NCBI GenBank assembly: GCA_052327205.1
Contig: CM126207.1
Span: 234,050,001 to 234,114,000 of the forward strand
Origin: Somniosus microcephalus
Taxonomy: Eukaryota
Direction: 5' to 3'
Length of the DNA: 64,000 nucleotides
The translations under genes were made by a program, and so were the position numbers. The stretch's first letter is position 1, and every line of letters starts with the position of its first letter. This document shows positions 47,201 to 58,793 of the stretch, piece after piece. Under the pieces are notes generated by a model. The model ran no database searches, was not told the origin of the DNA, and worked only from the letters and a program-made list of their open reading frames with translations.

Positions 47201-48561
47201 TACGATGCAACACCCAACAAGGATGGTAACGAACTATAAGACGGTATGTTGACATGAATATTTATTTAAACAATAAAAGTGCTCGATTCATAAAGCAGCT
47301 CCCCTGACAAATTGCCTTTGGTCTCAAAACAATATACTAAGATTTATTACAATTTTAGACTTTCTGTTAAGCCAAGTGTTAGTTTGCAGTAACATTTTAA
47401 GCGAGTGATTTTCATTCCGAAATGCGTTAAGGTGCTGCTGGTAAACTCTGCAGTCAAAACATCCTTTGCAGAGAAGGTTTTTCGAAAGGGACTCGACCCG
47501 CGCACATTCTATTTACTTTCTGTGGGCTAAATATTTTCACTTCTTTCTGAGGATATATATTTTTCGTCATCACTTAGCTATATTCCCAGCGCAAATACAC
47601 TTGTTTGTGTTCAAAATGGAAAGTCGATTTCCAATGAAGTGGAACAAATTCAATTTAGCATCTCAGTACTTTCCCCCCCCCCCCGAAAAAAATGTAATTA
47701 AAACTCTTCCAGAAAGTTTACACACACATGGGCCATATTTTCGCGCACCAGCTTTGCTAAATAAGTCTTGGTGTTAAGTCATTTTATTGCAAACCATTTT
47801 TGACTTAATAGGAATGAACTTTTCTTGCAAACATCGGGAGTTGTCTGGGGAGCACCAGTTGACTTTAACATAGTTTCTTTAAAATACTTTCCATTTCATT
47901 TAATCATTCTTAAAATTCTCTGCAGTCTTAAATGCTTTTGCTTTATTGTATAGCAAACTGGCCAGTGAATATTCTCCACCTATCTGAATTTCTATTCTAG
48001 TTTCTATCTGAAAGCTGGGAGCAGCATCAGCAGGGCTGCAATCACAGCTTCCCAGTGAACTGCAAACCTCCCACAATAGACTGAAAAGCCTGTGACAACA
48101 TCCTAAAAAACTTAGCTGAAAAATATCCAAAGGAATTTATCCTCATCACAGCAATATAAAAATGATCTGAACCTGGGACCACAATGAGGCACCATATTGA
48201 TTCTCATCACTGTTAGTGATAAAAACATTTATTGTGATAGTTGTCTCAGCAGTCAGCAGTTAACCTTCCTAACACTCATCTCACCTGCTGTTGAATTATC
48301 AACCTACAGCTTACAATTTGAGCAGGTGCTGCTGTAGAGCATTAGTTGCTTCATTTATACACAAAAGGAACTTAATGTTCAAGTTAACATGTAATTTATC
48401 TTTGTGATCACAAGAACTCATTCTAGTACAGTTTTAGTGAGTGATAGTCAAACGGCACTGAGTGCACAAGGGGAAAGTACAAACCTTCTGACTGATCATC
48501 GGCATTATCTTTGTAATGAAAGTGGCCCAATGTGACACAAGACTGTAATACAGGGCCACAA

Positions 48562-48735
48562 ACCACAACATTTCTATAGCGCCTTTTTCATTGTAAAATG
48601 TCTCAAGTACAGAAGCGTAATCAGACCAAAAATTGACATCAGGACAGGTGACCAAAAGCTTGATCAAAGAGGTAGGTTTTAAGGGGTGTCTTAAAGGAGG
48701 AGAGAGAGGTGGAGAGACAGAAAGATTTAGGAAAC
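48562..48735 (-). mobile_element. L2-clade LINE 3' end fragment
   Basis: Minus strand CTCTCTCCTCCTTTAAGACACCCCTTAAAACCTACCTCTTTGATCAAGCTTTTGGTCACC (SSFKTPLKTYLFDQAF) ending AAAGGCGCTATAGAAATG. Confidence 0.8.
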
Positions 48736-51089
48736 AAACTTAGCCGTGTCCTGTAGCAATCCCATTCACCTCACTGCTTCACAGATCTGCTGGGACCCAC
48801 GCACCATTGCAAACGCTCACGTTAAAATAATTCTTTAAGTCTTGGTGAAATCAACACTTTCATCGTATGAACGGGACAGATGGTAGGTATCAGTATGACA
48901 CCATTTCCTCATACCAGCGAGAATTTATCAGCAGAAAGAGTAAAATTGTTTAGAATCTTATTTTATAGGTACACATATTTACAATCCCATAAATTTCTGC
49001 CATTGTGTATTTATTTTCAAAGAGTGAGACATATTAAATAGATGACATCCTAAAGCCACAATGAAAGAGTCTGACTCTAGCATGTAACATCATGAAGACC
49101 GGTGTGTGTTAAGCAGTAAGCTTACTGTTTGTAGGGGGAGATGCAGGAGATTTTGCACTGGCATCTATGAGCTGGCTGCATCTCTTCTAGTCTCCTGGTT
49201 AGCAAAGATCAGCTATCTATAATGACACCAAACCCAGGTCATTGTCATCAAATAGCACTTTATAATGCTTAACATTCTATTCTGGAGGGCAGAGACTGCA
49301 GATTGTCTATTGGAGAGTATTGTTTGTGAGGTCACACTCTACGATTCAGAACTAATGTTAAGAACAGAATTTTAGAAATAATATAGTTGTGCTGAGGTAC
49401 ATATGATGACTCCTATAAGGTGAATTCTGCACCCTCCCCCCCCCCCCCCACAAAAAATGTTTAACAATTTCCTGCTTCCACATCAAAGTATTTTAGGGAA
49501 ATGGGAAAATTTTAATTGTCTACTAAAATATGGCATGCTCAATTTTCACCATGCAAGAGAGTCCTTACATATTAAAATTGTGTAATCGTTTCCCAAACTA
49601 AAAATGTCATCTACACTGCACCAGACATTATAGTATTACAATTAACAAGATAATCAACAACTCTGCTACAACTTCATATAACTGAATGCAGATTCAGTCA
49701 TCTGTATCTATATTATAAACTATTGAGTTATATTATTGCTTTATTACATAACACCTTTGTATAAGTGACATTAATTATTAGATACAACCAACACACAGTC
49801 CAAGTCCAAATAGCTTACATTTCTTTTTGCTTCCCAAAGTGAGTTTTGCATCTAATATTTCTAAAATAATAAATATTTTGCTACAAGATACACCAATGCA
49901 CTAGACTTCTTCAGTATGCTAAAGGATGTCTGAACACTTTGGGAACCAATAATCATTCTTCATTAATCCAACTAATTTTGCCACAGTGAAATTATCATTG
50001 TAAAGGTTATTGGATTAAAAGTATTGTTATGTTATTGCAGTTAATAACAATTACATATTTTTATTCTCAGACATTTGAATCCAATATTGCTGCTGTATGA
50101 ATAATAAAGATTGAATTAATGAGTTGTATTCAAAATGTGGTTAGTTGGGTGATAGATTGTTCCTTGTTTTGTGATTGATGTAACTGCGGATCTTGCAGAC
50201 AATGATGTTGGAGCAGCATTATGATCATTGGTGGTTGGTAGGGAGAGTATGGGCAAACTAGAATATATGTGTAATTGAGATCTTAATACAGAACAAAAAG
50301 CTATTCTAACCCTTTGCACAGAGTGCATTCTGTTTCCCGTATTCACTACAGTGACTATATGCTGATGTTTAGCTAAAATATAGTTTCTTTTTTTGCCTAG
50401 TAGAAACTTGAACACCAGATTGAGGCAGTGAAATACTGATTTTTTGTTATTATTAATGAGTTTGCATGGCAGTGGTGGTGGTGAGGGGCAGAGGATTCGT
50501 TTGTAGGAGGAGTCAGTAGGTTTCTATAATTTCCAGGATCTGGACAATGATGGAGAATGTTGATGAAACACTGGTAGGGCGATTTTGATAACAACACATG
50601 CTGCTAGTGTCTCAAGAAGCACACCCTAGCAAGAGTAACTCTATTTGACCAAATTGTAGTTTTCAACCAATCAGAGTGCTGTATTTCAAACAGTATGATT
50701 GAATAAGAATTAATAACTTCAAATGATTCACACTTGTGTCCAGTACTGGAGTGCGGCTGTACAGAATTACATTATTTTGCATGCTGTCTCTCCAGTTTAA
50801 GGAAGGTAGATGGGCGTAAAACCTTTGGCCTTGCTAGGAGAGTTACTTTTTTCCCACTAAACATGTTTCATGCCAGTGGATTGTTTCCTTTCAGTAAGGG
50901 TTAAATGTTAATTCTTCAAACTGACATGTAAAATAAATTATGAGAATTATTATATTATGTCAATTCAAATTAGGCCATGATGTATGCATATAAACCACCC
51001 CAGATGAATGTAGAGTTAGATATACATATGGAGTAATTCATTTGCTTTTGCATTTTACTTGTGTTTTGATGTGAGCTAAATGGTGTAGA

Positions 51090-51630
51090 CAAGAACGGCA
51101 GGAATGAGAGGAGAAAAGAATATTGTCTTTGTAATGATTGTTTCAAAAGAAAAAAACTGTTTCATATCTCAGGTGCTGCAGTTGATTGCCTCGTGGACAT
51201 GTTAAAGAACACTGTGTCTCCGAGGACACATAGAATGGAACACTGTCCCTAGAGATTCAAATTTTGGCTGCTGTTGTGTTTTCTATTTGCTTCTGGGTCA
51301 TTTCAGTTGCAGGTAGGTGACTTTGTTGGTTTTAGGCAGTAATCATTTAGTTGCTTGGCCATAATGGTATTTGATGCATTGGCAGAGGAGCATCACAAAT
51401 TATTAAATTCCCTGCTGATGAGACACATTACAGTGGAATTATGCAAAACCTTTATAAAATGGTTGAGATGCCTAGTGCCCACAGTGCCATTAATTGTATT
51501 AGTGTTTCTATGCCTGCGCCAACAGTCAGTGAGGATGCTTGTGTGAACTGCAAAAGCTACCATTTTATAACTTGCCAAGTAGTCTTTGACACCAGGGGTA
51601 AACTGTTGAGCATTGGTGCTAATTGGTCCA
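51090..51630 (+). pseudogene. Heavily decayed Harbinger/HARBI1-like transposase fossil
   Basis: Collinear pieces across frames: AVDCLVDMLKNTVSPRTHR, LEIQILAAV, ASGSFQLQVGDFVG, IMVFDALAE, MPSAHSAINCISVSMPAP...VNCKSYHFITCQVVFDTRGKLLSIGANW. These follow the HARBI1-family order (TSGSFQ...GD; MPGV.G.VDC.HV.I.AP; VNRKG.HS.N...VCD..G). Confidence 0.8.
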
Positions 51631-52605
51631 AGTATATATATGGCTTCTTCAGAGGAACAGCGTATAATAAAGGGATGACAGTGCAGGGATCCAAATTGTA
51701 AAGACTGAGTTTACATGATTTTATTTTATGTATTTTTCAGTAGTCCTTGTTAAAATATGATTGAAATTGAAATTAAGCTAATCAGTAAAAATTTTCACGC
51801 AAGTCAGTTAAAATTGGCGAGATTTGAGTCTTTGTTTGGTTGGTAAGTGGCAAAGAGCTGATTCTTTGACCAAAAGCGCAGATTCACTATCATTTTGTTG
51901 GCCCTAAGGATACAATAGTTTTGACTATCCCATGACCTAGTGCTATGAACCTAGTTTGCAGAAGCAGTTATAATCCAGTCTGTTAAGTACGGTGATACAG
52001 CAATGTATAAATATTTAGGCACAATCAAATCACCTAAAGCAAGTATTGGATGATGCCTTATCTTATATATTGATAGACAATGTTGTGTAGCAAAAATGTC
52101 TTACCTAATTTGTACAAAAATACTTTCCACATACCCCTCTTTTGTACCTATCTTTAAGCATTTTAACTCCACTTTACATTAGCTGTAACTGTGAAAGACA
52201 AATGCTGTATTATTTTCCTGAATGAATCAACATGAAAGCATAAATGTAAATTACAATTAAATATTCACTGCACTACTGAATTTCAATTCCAGTCACATTT
52301 TTGCCAGAACTAAAGAAGAACACTTATAAAATATCAAGTTCATCCACCTGTTACATTGTAGCATTGTCCAGCTCAAGTGGACAAATCTGCATGGCATTCT
52401 GTGCATGTCTATACAGTATGTCCTAGCACTGCATTGGATTTAGCAGTGGGAAACAACATAGATCCAGGCATGCCAGGAAAAGTGAGAATAATCCTGATGC
52501 ACAAGTAGACTGAGAAACAGACTGAGATTACATCTTATTACAGTAACAACTGCTTCAGCAATCCACAGTTAAAGCTCACCACTTCTTATGAACACTAGAA
52601 TTTCA

Positions 52606-53010
52606 GAGCTAACCCAGTGGCTTAGTAGGCAAATCCACTGTCAGCATACTACGAATCCATACAGACTGCAAGATCCCAGGTTTGACCTGGAGTGTGCTGA
52701 GTTCGCTGCTATCAGCTGGGTTGCATTCGGAGCACGAGAATTGGCCTCAGTGCCCTGGAAACTCAGGGTTGCCAAACCTGATTGTTCTCCAGTAACTCCT
52801 ACTGGAAAGTGTACATGTGAGGCAGTCAGGTCAGGGCAGGATTGAGTTCCGCTGCGATGACACCCTGTGATGATGGTGGCATTCACTGTCTAGGCTCAGA
52901 CATTAAGAATGACTGTTAGTGTCAGGTACTGGAAGGCAGCCTGTCTGTACCTGTGGAACCATAAAGTATGAGTCAGAATCTTTATGAGAGGAGGCGAGAA
53001 AATTGGAAGG
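52606..53010 (+). mobile_element. Old tRNA-headed SINE family, near full-length copy
   Basis: A-box-like TGGCTTAGTAGG and degenerate B box GGTTTGACC; body shared with the minus-strand copies at 14184 and 16830. Confidence 0.7.
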
Positions 53011-56000
53011 GGAAAAATAGCTTAGAGTTTACGCAAGACTTCAACTGCCTGCTTCCAGATTACTAGATGTATAATTGACATTATCTCAGGCAGTCTTATT
53101 CTGGGTCATGACCTCTTACTAATTAATCACAGAAATACTCTTAAAGGTTATGATTATTTAATGCACGCAATTCTTTACAAATACTGTTACCTTTTTCTTG
53201 CCCCATTTGGGAGGCATTCTAGAATTGGGCAGAAATCTTGCTCCGAGCAAAATGGAGAGTTCAGCAGTGTGCCTTTGAATCTGAAAATGGTGTACTCAGA
53301 GGAGCATTTTGGGAGTTATAAAATATTCTTCAGGCCTCTGTTCGGTCCTCCTCATACTCAGCATCCAGTACAATGAAAACTGAAGCTAAATATCTTTGAA
53401 TCTGAACAAAGGACCAATTAAGATAAGGGGGGCAGAAAGGTGTAAATACACGTGTACCTCAAAGCAAAGATTACCCTCAACATTACCAGGACAGTAAAAG
53501 GAGCAGACAATATGGATAGCTTAGCCAACATTAAGAAATGAGCACTGAAGTCTCTACCTGGCAACAGGGGAGTACTGTAGTTAACACAGCCAAATCATGG
53601 CCTTGTGAGGAATGAATCCGGCAGAATGTTTTCCTAGTGTCACTGAAGAGTGTCTGTTGTTTCAAAGCTAGATGCAGAAATCGTTCTAGAAGATAACCTC
53701 CAAATGCGGTAGAATAGAGGAGGCACTCTGGCACCTCCAAATTCATTATTTTTGTATGTTTCATTTTCTTCTGTTTAGGTCTCCCCAGATCGATACAACT
53801 TAGTCACTAGCCATTAGGAGGTGACCACAAGTGCTCCAAAATTTTCTCTTCTTTCCTTAGGAAAAGTATCTGACCTCCATTTGACATTTCTCCCACTGGC
53901 AAATCTGAAATTAGGAACATACTGTGTGGATAAATGTAGTAACAACCTTGCCTTCTACCTCTCTAGTGTTGCCATGTAACCAGCCACTAGAAGTCTAGAG
54001 TGGTTTGCTCGCCAACATTTCTTCATTTCCTCCATGCATGCAAGCACTTGGTTTCCACTCTACCGTCCCCTAATTGCGCAGCTAAGATTGGAAATTTGCC
54101 TTGTGGAAACCACTGGGACAAATCCCGATCCAAGCAGTTTTCGACACAACATATTGAAGCTTCAACATGCTACACCACAGTGCCATTCCATCAATCCCCT
54201 CTTTATACATACTACTGCCTGACCTTAAAAATTATAACTTACATTCATTAAAAGTCACACAATTAATTTCAGGTAGCCCCATTTTAAAACTATTCAGTTC
54301 TGACAGTAAATTATTAATACATTTGGAACTGTGGACCAAATTGTTCTCCTAACAAAGCCAATGAAGACCAGAGGGTCCTAGCCAGAGCAGGCTGTAGTAT
54401 GTAATAGAAATGAGTATTCAGTTGCATTAGAACATGGATTCAAACCCCTCACAATAAATGGTTGACCCAAATATGACATTTCTCTACTTGCTTATCCTCC
54501 CTCTGTAAAAAAATGAAAATTGCTTGGATTTAAGGGATCTACTCATGCTGCTTGAGGAATAGATACTAGGGATGGACAGCACCACAGAAATCAAATTGTG
54601 CATTGACACAAAATTTTAAAATTAGGAATTTAAAACTCACTTCACAGGTACTAACCATAGAAGCATACGACATGTTGTAGTTTTTAACTGTCAGTATGTT
54701 ATTTCAGAATTATAGATGGGGAAATATTAAAATTAATACATTTGTATACTCTTGCAGAAGGAGGTACAGTATATCAGAATTCAACAAAGATTCTTCTTAA
54801 GAAATCCAAATCAGTCCCATCTGGATTGGGAAAACACTATAGTGTAGTGCTTAAGTCTAGTGTCTTCAGATGTTTTGTAGGGCAATATAGTTCTATTTGG
54901 GCCCTCCCATAAATTAACAGCACCTTTAGAAGAGTGATAGTATTTTTTCAGAAATAAACATTTCTAGAAACCCAATAAAATGAAGTTTTTCTTCAGCCCG
55001 TGATCCATCTTCTTACCTAAGAGAAAACAACTATAAATGCTGCAAACTTCAATATGCCTCATCTTATTGTCATCTCATCCCATCCAGTGTCATAGTAGGC
55101 AATCTTAATATGTAAATTAGTATGTGAAAAAAAATCACACTTTGAATCTTTAGCAAAGACACTGTGTATACCCAGAGTTAAGGGGTTAATGGATAGTTTT
55201 GAAATGACAATAACAATGCTAATTGTAATATTTCTGCTGGGAGAAGCAGCAACTCAAGTTTTGTTAATAATTACAGTCACAAAATCATTAATGGTTGATT
55301 AATGAATGATACATTAGATGCAGGGGATATTTAATGACATAAATCAGTATCTTGCCTTTTTTGCAATCCTTTGTTACAAAACCAAAATAACTTGAGTATT
55401 TTCATGAGCTACTCTATATACAGTATATAGTGACATAGCTGGATATGCATCACATTTTACTGATGAAAACATAGATTTTTAATAGTCAGCTAATCGTTTA
55501 CTGCTTTTCCATGTATTCATATATCTGTATTACAAATATTCTTGGTTAGTCAGTACATTTATTAACCAAGTTTGAAGCCTTGCTTTGCTTTCTACACTGC
55601 AAATGGTTGTACGTACTGTTTTTATAAGTCTGGGAAATATATGAAAATTTCACTTTATTGTTTATACAGTCTAAAGAGCTTAAAATTCAAACTTGACCAT
55701 TTCCAGTTGTTAATGTGACACTTTGTCAAAATTTGTTGTTGGTAGGAACACACACACATGTGCACATGTACCGAGAGAGAGACAGAGAGACACACACTAC
55801 CATCATTATCAGCACAATAATATCTAATTGTAGCATCTAGTTTAAAATACCAAAGCATTGGCTTGTAAAAATATTTAGTCACGTCTTTAATATTCATATT
55901 AGAATAACATGGAGCATTCTTTGTACACAATCTTGCCCAATGCTGTGGGAACAGGTGCCAAAATCCACTTCCTGTTGACAGTACAGTACCCAGAATTCAT

Positions 56001-57217
56001 TTTAACTGAGTATTCTCACACACTGGTGTTGCAGCATATTAAAGCATTCTATGGATTGTTGAGCTATTTGCTACTTCCTGCATACAGAGTCTTTCAAGAA
56101 TTTATGGGTATCCATTCAACTGAGATTTGGAATATGCTGCTTTTAAACACATTTGCTATACTTTAAAATGATTAATAGTCTAACTAACTGTATTAGTATA
56201 GTAATTGTGAGTCTGTAAGCCATTTTACAAAATTACAGAGCACAATATTTTAAATATAGCATCAATTATATGTTAAATATATTACAGTAAAACGACATAT
56301 ATTGTTAAAACCCAGAAAATGGAAGGTATTAGTTCCTTATTACTAACTGGTTATTTGTAGAGTCACTTGATGTATACAAGCTTACTCAATGATTTGCCTG
56401 TGAGACAAAGGTAGATTAATCATTCTAGTGATCCTTTTTCCCTGAGTAGGTTCTCTTCCATATTATTTTTGGTTATCCCTGTACCAGCATGGGCTCTAGG
56501 GTCTGTATTTACAAGGCAAGTGACACACATTTCTGCTGTGTATCAGCCTACATTCACTGAAAATCATAACTGTGGAATGCATAACATTTTAGGAAAATGG
56601 GCCCAGTAGAATTTGCACAGCAGAGGACATGGGTTCATGAAGGTAACCTGTTCATTCCACTCTACCCACTTCAGTCCCTGTTAAGTCCACCTGCACAGCT
56701 ACAGTCTCTGTGGCTTGCAAATGGACTTTCCCATAAAGGGTGGAGCAGTGAATGTGTAAGAAGGTAAACCTCTGGTAAACAAGGGTGAACAATAATTAAT
56801 CTTCAGTTTTATTAGTGATTCACCTCTGCACAAAATAAGCCTGAAAATCATATCCTGCTTATCTGTACAGCCCTGAAGAGGTTGTAATTCGAATGACTCA
56901 AATTGAACCAAATGAATATGATCCCTCAGAATCTTTAATTTGGAACATCCCTATTCAATTTTGGTGGAAAAAAGTAATAAGCACACAGTTTTCTATTCCA
57001 ACAGAAATTAGTCAGAGATTTGCATCAGAGATTTATAGCAGCTTGGTGCGAATCTCTTGCTTCACAGCCCAGGCCATGGCAAAAGTCAAGTAGCGGGAAT
57101 TTTTATTCTAAAATACATTAGGAATAAAGGGGTGTTGCAGCATTTGTACCTGGCCATTTTCTACAATGCAGTTGAGAATTTCAACAAATAGGAATTTTCA
57201 GCTCTACAATAAACATG

Positions 57218-58793
57218 GGGGGAGAAATTCGGTTGTTAGTGCCACCGATTAATGCCTAAAGAGGCCGAGAAGTGGGGCACCAGCTAATTTCCGGGCAGGC
57301 GCAAGGTGCCTAGCGCCTTGCCCCATATTGAGCATGCATTTAGCGCCGGCGCTAAATCTTAGCGCCCACTCATGGGCGCAGGCTGATTATGATGTCATTT
57401 GAGTGTGCAACGCCTTTTGGGCGCCCCGGACCGGAAATTCAGTGGCGCCCCCCTCCGTAGAATAATGACAGCTTACCTGGACCTTACCAAGTCGCTCTCG
57501 GGCTGGAGGAGCGTTATTTAAAGGGGACTGGTGTGGTTTAAAAGCGGCAGCCATTTTTGGAGCACAACTTCCTCGAGAGCTACAAAGAGTTGCTGAGCTG
57601 CACACTGAGAGCCATTTGACCACTGAGCCAGCGCAGGCAGACGATCTTCAGCCTTCTGACCATCACCTTGCTGTTGGTGAGCCTTGACAACGGGAACCTT
57701 CCTGTGGGCACTTATTATGGGGGCTGCATTGGAGGGGAATGTCCTGCTGCTGAATCATCTGGAAAGGGCACTGAGACGCTGGGAGAGGGGGGTGGGCATG
57801 GCCAGATGGAGGAGGGCCAACAGACGTCGCCACAGCAGACCTTACGCTGGCAGGGTTTTCCGACAGCAGTTTTCCTACATGAACATGCCAGAGGAGCAGT
57901 GTGTCGGAAGGCTGCGATTTAGAAAGGAGGTGGTGACTGAGCTGTGCCAGCTGCTTCAGCCAGATCTGCAGCCTCAGATAAGATGCAGGATATCTCTGTC
58001 GGTGGCTGAGAAGATGCCTGCTGGCCTGAACTTCTACGCGAGCGGCTCTTCTCAGGCTGCGCATCAGAGGCTGATCAGAAGTAGCTTATAGGCCCCTATC
58101 ACGGAATGCTTGCTGCCATTCCAAGAACAGGAATGGAACTGGTCTGATACCCCCAAGCCTGTGAAGGGCAAGATGCATGTAAATAGAAGGCATGGCCATT
58201 GTAAATGAAGAAAGTGTTTCATTACACAAAATGTGGTTCCTTCAAACATGAGAAAGCTATGGCAACAGAAAGCAAAACTAATACACTGACACATAATTGC
58301 CTCACACACCCGGGAGACTGTCCAAAACATAAATCACATTCCGACCATCTTCCTTGGCCTTGATTCCACTGCGCCAACCAAAGCATCCAATGCCCCATCA
58401 GTGAGGTGTTCCGCCCTCTGCCTCACCCTTTCCATGTCTTGCTAGGCTGGTGCGCCACAGGTAGGCTCCCACCGCTTTGAAGGCCTACAAGGCAGTGAGT
58501 GTGTCTGGTGATGCCAATTGACCTGCCCCTTTAAGAACTGGCTGGCGCCACTGTGTCTCAGGGAAAGTGATTATTGACAGCACCCTCCCTGTGCCCCGCC
58601 GCCGCGCAATTGGGTTTCGCCGCCGGGTTAGCGCCTTAAGAGTAGCGTGCAGCGCCTGATTTAGCGCTGCAATCACCTTTAGGGGCACTGCAGCCCAATA
58701 TCGCTCTAGGTGGCGCTAAATTGCGCCTGGCGCTAAACTTTGCGCATCGCCAGGACTAGCGCCCCAAACGCGGCTATACCAAATTTCTAGGTC
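57218..58793. mobile_element. Internally deleted Harbinger element retaining 5' ends of the transposase (+, ATG 57717) and Myb/SANT gene (-, ATG 58435)
   Basis: Termini GGGGGAGAAATTCGGT and ACCAAATTTCTAGGTC; TSD ATG. Transposase piece RVFRQQFSYMNMPEEQCVGRLRFRKEVVTELC...LNFYASGS; minus piece MERVRQRAEHLTDGALDALVGAVESR; TAGCGCC subterminal repeats. Confidence 0.88.
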
